DNA of 64,000 nt from Schmidtea nova (lineage: Eukaryota): contig CM097882.1 of the NCBI GenBank assembly GCA_044892505.1, positions 153,202,001 through 153,266,000 on the forward strand, read 5' to 3'. Shown one piece after another: positions 1 to 9,422 of this stretch. Numbering within the stretch: the first letter of the stretch is position 1; each line of letters opens with the position of its first letter. A program made the translations under genes and the position numbers. Below the pieces are notes generated by a model. The model saw only the letters and a program-made list of their open reading frames with translations, made no database searches and had not been told where the DNA came from.

Positions 1-838
1 GATGAAATATTTGTTGCTTTTAACTTTAAAACTTCAAAATAGTTATTGATAACCGACCTAGTTTCATCAATTAAACGATTGTCTTCTTGTCCAACGCTAG
101 TGATTTTTCTGACCGAAAATTCATTTCTATTCATAAAGTTTTCAATCCAGCAATTACTTCCTATGAAATCATTTAATGATAAAGAAGCTGCAATTTTTTT
201 TGCTTGCTCACGCAGGGTGTTGTAAGAAATTAGCCGTTTATTTGTTTTTCTCTCAAAAGCCAACAAAACCTTTAGCTTCTCTTCTAACTCAGGAAAAAAC
301 GCATTTCTACCGGATCCTATGCAAAAGATTGTTGATTTTCTTTTACTTCACATATTTTATTCTCCTTCATTTTCCAATCCCGCACCATTTTGTTTGTTAT
401 TCCACAGTCCTTCGCTGTTTTGCCTATGTTGTTGTTGTTTCTAGATTTTCTTTTGTGCTGTACGACCTTCTTTTCATGGGATATAAATATTAAAATATAA
501 AATCCATAATATATAAAAATATTATAAATAAACTAAATAATTAAATTTTATTTATACCAGATTAATTAACCAAAATTGTAAATAATATTTAATAAATAAA
601 ATTACCTAAATAAAATTAATTCATGTAAACCATTTGATATTCTTTAAAAAATTAATAGAAAAATAATGATCAATGTCTTTTATTTTATAATCATAGAAAA
701 TAAATTTTAATTTTAATGTAAAAAAATAAAAAAATGCTTGAAAATAAAAAAATTCTTATTAAAAAAATAAAAATAAGACCCTTCAAAAATAAGACCTGGG
801 TCTTATTTTTGAGGGGTCTTATTTTCGAGTAAAACCGG
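1..838 (-). mobile_element. pogo/Tigger-superfamily DNA transposon, 5' part (degraded transposase N-terminus plus 5' TIR); continues beyond the window start
   Basis: The minus strand from ATG ~477 reads, with stops and frameshifts, MKRRSYSTKEN...IGSGRNAFFPELEEKL...TLREQAKKIAASLSLNDFIGSNCWIENFMNRNEFSVRKITSVGQ, a Brinker-like plus CENP-B/Tc5 HTH pattern. The terminus TA|CCGGTTTTACTCGAAAATAAGACCC is at 838, with repeated AATAAGACC subterminal motifs. Confidence 0.8.
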
Positions 839-1548
839 TACCTGACGAACTCATAATTGTTATAACTCTAATCAAACCTATACAGCGCCCCGATTTGATG
901 GGTAAAAATAAAAGATATGTGTATGGCTATTATAGATGGGGTGCAACGATTATAGGTTTTGAAAATGATCTAAATGTATTCAATTATCTAAATGAATTTA
1001 ATGATCCAGATGAATACTATGTTTTGGCGTTTTGAAATCCAAATATACTCATGGAGGTGAATGATACAAATAAGCTTAATGCTTTGAATCATCACCATTT
1101 TTAAAATTGTTAATTTAATAAAATTTCTTAAGGTAAGGAAGATTTTGTTTTAAATTTTTTAAATTATTTATTTTAAAATTGTATGTGTTTTTGATGAGGG
1201 AAAATTAATCCATAATTTTTATAAACAGACTTTGAGTAGTATTTAAATATTTATTATCAATTATTTTTAAAAATATTTTTTAAGTAGTAAGTAATCTATC
1301 TAGTTTACCAAGTAGTTAAATGAATACAATTTTATTACATGTATTCAGATATAATTTGCAATATAGATACAATACATATGCATAACATCATTCATATAAG
1401 TAAACAACATAAAAAATCATGAACTTTAATACATTCAATACATTTTGTCATGTGCATGTCATGCACTATAAAAATGCACGTATCTGATTGGTCGCACTCA
1501 AAGAAAGACGAGTAATGATAAAAGAAAAGAATTAGTCATAATCATAAA

Positions 1549-1965
1549 ATGATATCTGTTTTCAATATTCAGTAATCTATTCCAATCAAGAAAATATGTG
1601 ATTACTGAATGAAAAGAAGATTAAACGAATTTTCAAACCCGTTTAAAGTTTTCATTAGCATCAATATATTTTTCTTGTAAAAGGATATTGAATTCATCAA
1701 TTCAAGTTTAATTAATCAAGTCGCTATATTCAAACTTGATTGGAAAATTATATAAACAAAATAATGTTAGTGTAAACAAAGTTATATTGAAAATCAATAA
1801 AAATAGAAACGAAAATATATTCATCAACAATCGCAAAACACGTTTTAGTAATGCTTTTCAAACATTATATAATAAAAATAACGAAAACAGGTTCATCAAT
1901 ATTACAATTCAAGGATATAAAATGTTATTAGACTGAATTTGGAGAATAGATGGCTCTAGATTTGT
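1549..1965 (+). pseudogene. Degraded paralog of the Maverick ORF at 11509-11958 (relic of an older related element)
   Basis: Nucleotide similarity is clear by eye: atcataaaATGatatctgttttcaat...ccaatcaagaaaatat...caaacccgtt...attacaattcaaggatataaa...atttggagaat versus 11501-11958. This copy has stops and indels; the 66-aa ORF at 1736-1936 is its surviving piece (FINITIQGYK vs FISITIQGYK). Confidence 0.85.
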
Positions 1966-2075
1966 GTAGATTGTCCTAGATTAGTGTAAACTTGAATTTT
2001 AATAAATGTTGATAATTAATTTGGCCTTACATTATAAATTACGGCATTATAATAAAAAAAATTTATAATGACGTC

Positions 2076-2941
2076 AGTAGTACCATATGGGCTATCTACA
2101 CCACCAGTGCCCCCCCTCCCACTACCCCCCCCCCCCCCCGAAATTTTTTTTTTTTTTTTTTGAAATTTTTGAATTTTAAGGTCAAATTTTTACGCCATTT
2201 TGAATTTTAAGGTCAAATTTTTACGCCATTTTGAATTTTAAGGTCAAATTTTTACGCCATTTTGAAATTTAAGGTCAAATTTTTACGCCATTTTGAATTT
2301 TAAAGTTAATTTTGTACGCCATTTTGAATTTTAAGGTTAATTTTGTACGCCATTTTGAATTTTAAGGTTAATTTTTACGCCATTTTGAATTTCAAGGTCA
2401 AAGTGGTGTTAAAAATCAAAATTTTGTCGGCCATTTTGTTTTTCAAGTGGTGTTAAAAATCAAAATATTGTCGGCCATTTTGAATCGGCCATTTTGTTTT
2501 TCAAGTGGTGTTAAAAATCAAAATATTGTCGGCCATTTTGAATCGTCCATTTTGTTTTTCAAGTGGTGTTTAAAATCAAAATATTGTCGGCCATTTTGAA
2601 TTTTAAGGTTAATTTTCTACGCCATTTTGAATTTCAAGGTCAAAGTGGTGTTAAAAATCAAAATATTGTTGGCCATTTTGAATCGGCCATTTTGTTTTTC
2701 AAGTGGTGTTAAAAATCAAAATATTGTCGGCCATTTTGAATCAGCCATTTTGATTCTGCCATTTTGAATCGGCCATTTTGTTTTTCAAGTGGTGTTAAAA
2801 ATCAAAATATTGTCGGCCATTTTGAATCGGCCATTTTGTTTTCAAGTGGTGTTAAAAATCAAAATATTTTCAATGTCAAAGTGGTGTTAAAAAACCAAAA
2901 TATTTAGCGAATTTTTTCTATTACATTATTATCTAGATACT
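2076..2941 (+). repeat. Left terminal inverted repeat of the Maverick, built of ~31-bp and ~57-bp tandem units
   Basis: Reverse complement of 12330-12965 from the terminus to ...TTACATTATTATCTAGATAC. Units are TTTTGAATTTTAAGGTCAAATTTTTACGCCA and TTTTGTTTTTCAAGTGGTGTTAAAAATCAAAATATTGTCGGCCATTTTGAATCGGCCA; copy number differs between the two TIRs. Confidence 0.95.
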
Positions 2942-3324
2942 AGTACCATATGGGCTATCTACACCACCAGTGCCCCCCTCTCCCTACCCCCCCCCCCCCC
3001 GAATTTTTTTTTTTTTTTTGAAATTTTTGAATTTTAAGGTCAAATTTTTACGCCATTTTGAATTTTAAGGTCAAATTTTTACGCCATTTTGAATTTTAAG
3101 GTCAAAATTTTACGCCATTTTGAATTTTAAAGTTAATTTTGTACGCCATTTTGAATTTTAAGGTTTATTTTGTACGCCATTTTGAATTTTAATGTTAATT
3201 TTGTTCGCCATTTTGAATTTTAAGGTTAATTTTGTATGCCATTTTGAATTTTAAGGTTAATTTTTACGCCATTTTGAATTTCAAGGTCAAAGTGGTGTTA
3301 AAAATCAAAATATTGTCGGCCATT
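2942..3324 (+). repeat. Second, partial tandem copy of the left TIR
   Basis: Restarts at TAGTACCATATGGGCTATCTACACC (2941-2965), repeats the C-tract and the 31-bp units, and breaks off at ...TATTGTCGGCCATT (3324). Confidence 0.9.
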
Positions 3325-3340
3325 CTTAACAAATTCTTAC

Positions 3341-3906
3341 ATTTGTTTATTCTTCCTAAATTAGTCGTGGATCGATCATTTAGTCTTCCGCCATTATTAT
3401 TTTTCAGAGTTCTATCAATATTAATTCCTACTAAAAAAGTGATATAAAATATAACTATGAAGTAATAATTAAATTTACCATTCGATCCGTTTACAATAAT
3501 TTCATTAGATCCATTTACGTTAACTATGTTTCCATTTATGTTTCGTTTAATTCCTATTAAAAAGTGATATAAAATATAACTATAAAATAATAATTAAATT
3601 TACCATTCGATTCGTTTACAATTACTTCATCCGATCCATGTACAATAATTCCGCTTCCATTTATGTTTCGGTTAATTACTAATAAAAATTGATATAAAAT
3701 ACCAATTTTAAAATAATAATTAAATTTACCATTCGATCTGTTAGGGTTAAATACATTTGATACGTTTATTCTATTCGTTCTACTAGCATTTTCCAAATTA
3801 TTAATTTCTAAATAATGAATAACAATAATAATAAATAAAAAATAATAAAATACTTACCATTAACATTCTTGTTGTTGTTAATATTAGTGTTTCTGTAGTT
3901 TGACAT
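3341..3906 (-). CDS. Predicted multi-exon Asn-rich repeat protein (5 exons, 3'-truncated); not in the ORF track
   Basis: Exons 3906-3858, 3807-3730, 3678-3604, 3553-3479 and 3427-3341 are separated by 50, 51, 50 and 51-nt GT-AG introns, all phase 1. They splice into an open frame: MSNYRNTNINNNKNVNEINNLENASRTNRINVSNVFNPNRSNVINRNINGSGIIVHGSDEVIVNESNGIKRNINGNIVNVNGSNEIIVNGSNGINIDRTLKNNNGGRLNDRSTTNLGRINK. A fifth donor GTAAGA at 3340 is also phase 1. Confidence 0.7.
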
Positions 3907-4240
3907 AATTAATTAATTAAATATATTTTATATTTCGAATTTTATGATATAGTAAAAAGTGATTAAATTAATGAAAACATCTCTTTATATATCAGCTATT
4001 GCATAATATTTATTCAGCCAATTAAAATCGATTATAACTAAATAATTTTACACTCGCACACATATGTACCGTCACACACATGATATGTTTATCGTCATAC
4101 ACACGGAATGTACATTCACACATAATTAGTCATTCATTGTGACCGCAGAGGTCATGCATTTGAATTGCAATAACGAAATATTGTTAAATAATAATAATAA
4201 AAATAATAATAATTGCAAAAACAATTTATTACAAAAACAT

Positions 4241-4660
4241 TTAATTTTTTAAATAATCTAATACACCCACCAAACAACATTTATAAGCACAGTTTGTATG
4301 ATCACGATATGGGCATGAGATATTGTCTGGAAAATCTTCGATTTCTTTAATATTATATTTGATTAATCTTAGATTGGGAAAGTAACTCTTCAAAACAGTA
4401 AGTTTGTCTTGATTAGTGACATAGAAAATTGCACCAACATCTTCGATTTCATTCAAAATACACTTTGGACAAAAGCTATCTTCTCCTTCATACCATTCCA
4501 ATCGATCGGATTCACCAATTCCAGCCCAAAAAGGAACATCATTATATATCCAATACTTTGGTCGAAAAATATTATTTACATTCATAATACATAGTTCCTT
4601 AATAATTAACCCACCTGCATTATCATTATAACCATAAATATCAATAAAATAACAAGTCAT
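4241..4660 (-). CDS. Maverick accessory protein, possible degenerate DnaQ/DEDD-like fold with C-terminal Cys/His cluster (139 aa from ATG 4660)
   Basis: MTCYFIDIYGY...IIKELCI...LEWYEG...QDKLTVLKSYF...CPYRDHTNCAYKC resembles the D-x-E-G-F...KEL...W..G...K...L...C..H...CA pattern I recall from Maverick accessory ORFs. The expected catalytic Glu is replaced by Tyr. The function is inference. Confidence 0.5.
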   Translation of the reverse strand: MTCYFIDIYGYNDNAGGLIIKELCIMNVNNIFRPKYWIYNDVPFWAGIGESDRLEWYEGEDSFCPKCILNEIEDVGAIFYVTNQDKLTVLKSYFPNLRLIKYNIKEIEDFPDNISCPYRDHTNCAYKCCLVGVLDYLKN

Positions 4661-4694
4661 CTTTTTTATAAAAACATTTATTAAACTACATTGT

Positions 4695-5078
4695 TTATAC
4701 TTTGAACATAGAATTAAGCCATGCAAGGCAATGTTGACCACAAGTAATTGTTAATGGATGTTGATACCGAATTCGATTATATACAATAGGTTTACCTAAA
4801 GTTTGAAGTTTACTAACTAATAAACTTGGATAGTAACATCCGAATGGATCAAATGCATATACTTTGATTGGTTTCACATATACAGCAATCCAATGTTCAC
4901 CACCTAAAGTAGATGATTGAGTATTGACGACCATGGCTTGATTTATATCTAAATAAGGGATTTTATCTAGTGGATAGACGCCAATAAATTCATTTCCCAA
5001 TAATTGTTTTCCAATTCGATTAACCTGAATAGAACTAGATAAATAGATTTATTTGATAAATAATAAAACTTACTCCAT
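4695..5078 (-). CDS. Adenain-like cysteine protease (virion maturation protease) with a 39-nt intron at 5035-5073
   Basis: Catalytic motifs GEHWIA, FDPFG and YQ...TCGQHC. ATG-GA|GTAAGT...CTAG|T-TCT splices to MDSIQVNRIGKQLLGNEFIGVYPLD; unspliced, the frame stops immediately (ATG GAG TAA). Confidence 0.92.
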
Positions 5079-5119
5079 AACAAATTGTTAACTTAAACTT
5101 ATACATTTATAATGGTAGT

Positions 5120-6341
5120 TTAAACCAAAACTGTTCGATTGGCAGTAATTTGGATTTCATTTTCAAATACTCCATATATTATTACATGTACTGGTTCTTC
5201 ATTAGCTTTAGAAAACTTTATATCCAATCTCAAATTTCCATTTTGAGGTAATTGACTTTGATTTAAATCGAAATCCGGAGCCAAAACAAATGTAAAGAAA
5301 GGGTATTTGTTTTTTAAAATCGGCTAGTGTTATAACACAATTCAAATTCTTATCTAAATATCCCATATTTCTGACCATCGACTGCATATATGTAGTACAA
5401 TAATTATCATTTTCGAAATCTTGAGTATATGTTTCTCGATAATCAGTGTTTTTCGATAGAGATAGAGAAGTTACATTGAAATGTTTAAATTTCGAACTTG
5501 ATGCAGTATATGATCCATTGTATTGAGTTTCACTTTGAAATGCGACCAAAATAAAATTAGGCATTCTTCGATCGCCGAATATTTGTTCTTTGTAGAAAGA
5601 TGATGCACCTTTACCAATAGCGAATTGCACTATTTCTTTGGTTTTCATTGGATAAATTGCATGTTTTGAATTAAGTCCAACTTGATGTCCAGCTAATACA
5701 GATTGTTCAACACGAACACGACGAATCATTAATTTTGCATCAACTAATTGACATTTTGGTGCTCCACTTTTAGAATATAGTGATAATGCAGAATCTGATC
5801 GCTTCAGTCTGATGTGAACATTGACACCAGGAAGTAAATATTTCGGCTGATCCATGAAATCCAGTTGTAGGGAAGAACACATTGTGAATAGCTTTGAGCC
5901 TTTGATCCACGCTTTTCTCTCGTCAGAATCTCCATATCCCATTGGAGTAAGACAAGTTTCTTTGGTATCACCATTATAATTTAAAATAGTTTCGATTATT
6001 GCCTTGTGTGCATAAGTATTGTTTCCACCTTCAATCTTAATATTATTAAAACCAAGAATTGCGTCCTTGAAAAGAGTATGAAACATGAAATTGTTTGGTA
6101 TAACATCATCAGTTGCAGACAAATCTTTTTTATCGGCATTTACTACTTTTACTTGAACAGTTAGTAAAGTATCATTCAAATCCAAATATTCAGATTGAGA
6201 TCCGTTAATATAAAATTCAACATCATTTCTACCGTCTGTAATAGAATTCATGGGAAATACTTCTTCAAATGCTCCATATTCAATAACTGCTTGAGGTGAT
6301 GGTCGGTCAAAAAGACATAATTCAGATTTACCACAAATCAT
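5120..6341 (-). CDS. Double jelly-roll major capsid protein (hexon-like), with one frameshift at ~5310-5315
   Basis: Maverick MCP motifs: ELCLF, VEFYI...YLDLNDTLL, FLDFMDQPKYLLPGVNVHIRLKR, LMIRRVRV, MPNFILVAF. Removing one A from the A6 run restores the C-terminus KNKYPFFTFVLAPDFD...GNLRLDIKF...HVIIYGVFENEIQITANRTVLV* ending at 5120. Confidence 0.92.
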
Positions 6342-6724
6342 TTTGCAAATATAGTTCCATGTCCTTTCATTCGATTGTTTATATACCTTCGATGCTTTTT
6401 ACGTCTAGGCCCCACTTGTTCAGGTTCAGGTTCATCTTTATTAAACATACTTGCAACATTATGAATCATACTAGTCACAGTAGGCAAGACTTTACCAATG
6501 GCAGACAAAGCATTTGTTTTCAATGATGGTAATATTTTCTGATCATTCATGATGACATCTTTGGCAGTTTTTAAACCAAAACTACCGATTCTCTTAAGAA
6601 TTGGGAGTGCAAATCGCCCTATAGTTTTTAACCAACCTGATCCATACTGTTTACCAGCAAAATAAGGTAATTCACCACCAGTTTGGCTATTACTATACAA
6701 TGAAATTATATCTGGATTAATCAT
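6338..6724 (-). CDS. Small virion protein with adenain-type cleavage sites and an amphipathic helix (pVI/core-like)
   Basis: QTGG-ELPYFAG-KQYGSG-WLKTIGRFALPILKRIG; basic C-terminus RRKKHRR and MKGH|G. It lies directly upstream of, and overlaps, the MCP start. Confidence 0.75.
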   Translation of the reverse strand: MINPDIISLYSNSQTGGELPYFAGKQYGSGWLKTIGRFALPILKRIGSFGLKTAKDVIMNDQKILPSLKTNALSAIGKVLPTVTSMIHNVASMFNKDEPEPEQVGPRRKKHRRYINNRMKGHGTIFAK

Positions 6725-7764
6725 TTAATTTACGAAAATGTAATGTCAAATGTGTTTTTGAATCTTTTGGAAAATTTATTAATTTACCACTATCGTCACG
6801 GATATTTATTTCTATATTGTTTATACATGAAGTAGAAATAGGTAAATACATTGGATTATCCATTACTATTTGTACAACTTCATCCTGTTCATATTTGTCG
6901 ATCCATACAGATTTCAGTAGAGGAACCAGAGAATCACCGACAATTATTGGTTCAATAATGTTACTGTAAATGAACATTTGTTAATGATGAACAAGTATTT
7001 TTGGTTTCACAGTCCCATCAATAAGGTTTCGATCTCTATAAGTTTGTTTATTTAATCCTAAAGTATTGACCAAGTTTTTATCGAATGTAACTTCGCTAAT
7101 ATTATCGTTGAGACTGAATTGAAACCATTTGTTAATCTCTAGAGTTTTAAAGATATGGGAGCAGTTGAATGATAAATATTTAGATAAATCTTCCAATTGC
7201 ACTATATACAAATCATTTGCAAATGTAAATGTTTCTTCAATTTCTGCATCATAAGATATTGTTATCTTAATATCTTCTTTCAAATAACTATTCGGTTCAA
7301 ATAACACGAACTTTAATTGATATTCTTTCAGTTTACTTACAATTTTGAGTTGATTACTTCCCATTCGTTTTGCTTCTTCAATATTTTCAAATGTAATTGT
7401 ATATGGAGTAAAGTCGCAATTAATATTTAAACATCCATTATTGTAAAACATACTACAATGAGCAGCCAGATTCTGATTAGGAATTTTATAGAATCTATCA
7501 AAGTTGTTGATAATGAAAAGACCACTACATGTTATAGTTTCAATTCTCTTGTAATCAATCTTACATTGACTATAAAAATGGAAATGTATTGTACACAAAC
7601 GTGAAATCTTGCAATGCAACTTCCCAATTACCATCTAAATAAATCGGATTTTGAAGATTGACCATGAATTTACTGGCTTCATTATCTGGATGTATTAATG
7701 GACAGCTATTACTCGGTAATATAGTATAAAAATTCACTTTACTAGGTCTTTTGATGATATCCAT
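6717..7764 (-). pseudogene. Minor capsid protein (penton, single jelly-roll), split into three ORFs by a frameshift (~7573-7577) and an in-frame stop (6981-6983)
   Basis: N-terminus FYTILPSNS...PDNEASKFMVNLQNPIYLDGNWEVALQD and C-terminus MFIYSNIIEPIIVGDSLVPLLK...YLPI...INNIEINIRDDSG...HLTLHFRK are Maverick penton motifs. TAA-CAA-ATG joins ORFs 6981-7634 and 6717-6977 in the same frame. Confidence 0.85.
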
Positions 7765-8788
7765 GAAGGGTTTTGATATCCATGCCACGTTACGTAGTAT
7801 TGTTTATCCTTACCCACCATTTTAGTTTTTAATATTTTTTGAATTCTAAATACAGTACGCGGAGGAATAACTTGTAATTCTTGCTCGTAAAATTTCCCCC
7901 TAACTACATTATTGTCAGAGTCAGAAATAACATACATGACACGGTCTTGGCTAGTATTAATTTTTGAGATCTGAAATACCTCATCACTCCAATTACTATC
8001 AAAATTTTTGATGAATGGCGAAGCGCTAATCTTGCTAATTCGAACATGATCACCAATTTTATATTTCGGTTTATTTATACTAGTTGTTAATTTGTGAGAT
8101 CCAGTATTTTTCGTTGAAACATCAACAGGTCTCAATCCATTTATACCTTTATGTGACGAATGATTATAACTATGTATTATTTTTGGCAATACATTAATCC
8201 ATGTTTTATTACCTTGATGTACAAAATACTTTTTCAAACGATCTCTTAATGTACGATAAAATCGTTCAACATGGGCTGCTTTGAATTGAGAAAACACAGA
8301 GTAATGATTAATCCCGGCCAAAACTTCTTTAACTTTACTATTGTAAAATTCTTTACCTAAATTATAATTAAAAATGTATAGAATAAGTATATATTCTTAC
8401 CCAAATCAGTTTGTAAGTTTTTTGGACGACCGGATTTAAACATAGTTTTCATTGCAATAGCCATTTCATTTGCTGATTTAGTTTTGGTAGGAATAGCACG
8501 GGCAAATCTATTGAAGACATCGATACATGTTAAAATATATTTATATCCCTTGTTAATATTTGAATAGGGAATCATTTCCATCAAATCCATTTGCCACAAG
8601 TCGTTAATACCATATGTTTTATATGTTCTTGTTGGAAATCTTTTCAATGCTGGTTTGTTTAGACTGTATGCCAGTTGACCCGATAACCATTTTTGAGTCT
8701 CTTTTGTCGAGTTTGGGACTTTTTTCTTTAGCTTTTCGACTCCACCGAAACCGGCGGGATCTTTTGGGTTTGTCCATATCTTCTCCAT
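7734..8788 (-). CDS. Retroviral-like (c-int) integrase with C-terminal chromodomain and a 44-nt intron at 8357-8400
   Basis: WQMDLMEM, TCIDVFNRFA, LQTD..., VERFYRTLR (DDE core) and FRIQKIL...YYVTWHGY...SWI (chromodomain). Splicing TTGG|GTAAGA...TTTAG|GTAAAGAA gives LQTDLGKEFYNSKVKEVLAGINHY, joining the two track ORFs. Confidence 0.95.
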
Positions 8789-8852
8789 TGCAACAAGAAG
8801 AATTAAAATTTAATTTAAGATTAGGTAAATGACCAATCGGTAATTGACCCAT
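8619..8852 (-). CDS. Small basic ORF (77 aa, MG start, SCC) overlapping the integrase 5' end in another frame
   Basis: ATG in ACAATGG context, 3 nt after the stop of the upstream gene: MGQLPIGHLP...SSCCNG...KPKRSRRFRWSRKAK. No homology recognised. Confidence 0.35.
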   Translation of the reverse strand: MGQLPIGHLPNLKLNFNSSCCNGEDMDKPKRSRRFRWSRKAKEKSPKLDKRDSKMVIGSTGIQSKQTSIEKISNKNI

Positions 8853-8855
8853 TGT

Positions 8856-9401
8856 TTATGATGTTGAGGGTTTTCCTAGTAATCCTACACCACCTAATAA
8901 AGATAGTGCTAATGGTAACAATGTCGCAATAAAACCTCCATGTTGTTTATATATTATTTTTCGCATTTGTTTTTTATTTTTAGTATTTACGAGCGATAAT
9001 AATGGTTTCTTATGTTTGTTCAAAACAGTTTTATTTGATTTACTAATATTGATTTTACCTTTTACCACTTTAACTATAACATCAAGTAAATCATCAATTA
9101 CGTAATTGGGAAATGATTGTAAAATACTCATTCTTCTAATGCTTGGAGCCTTGAGTAATGCATTAAAAAACGGAAAACTGCGATGATTTTTAGATTTTTT
9201 ATTTATAGATTCCTTTGGAGCCTTTGACGTTTTTGGTTTTGAATTATGTGAAATAAGATTCATTCTTGGAAAATTTTCGGTGATTAATGTTTTAGGGGGT
9301 GTGAAACTAGTTTTAGACGGAATTATTGTTTCACGATTCTTTTTAATAACTTTTCTAAGTTTAGATAACTTTGGTTGTTTGGTACGTGCTTTAAGTATCA
9401 T
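8856..9401 (-). CDS. Lys-rich virion core-like protein with C-terminal cleavage motif and hydrophobic helix (ATG 9401)
   Basis: Highly basic. IDDLLDVIVKVVKGKI...HKKPLLSL...KQHGG|FIATLLPLALSLLGG matches the conserved Maverick protein normally found between ATPase and integrase. Confidence 0.75.
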   Translation of the reverse strand: MILKARTKQPKLSKLRKVIKKNRETIIPSKTSFTPPKTLITENFPRMNLISHNSKPKTSKAPKESINKKSKNHRSFPFFNALLKAPSIRRMSILQSFPNYVIDDLLDVIVKVVKGKINISKSNKTVLNKHKKPLLSLVNTKNKKQMRKIIYKQHGGFIATLLPLALSLLGGVGLLGKPSTS

Positions 9402-9422
9402 GATTAATTTCAAACATGATTT

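Noticed and set aside
841-1035. Short open frame (…MGKNKRYVYGYYRWG…) after the pogo end
   Set aside because: May belong to the relic Maverick, but I found no homolog elsewhere in the window, so it is left uncalled.
2160-3324. Regularly spaced repeats resembling a CRISPR array
   Set aside because: The units are contiguous tandem repeats without unique spacers, there are no cas genes, the context is eukaryotic, and they are the Maverick TIR.
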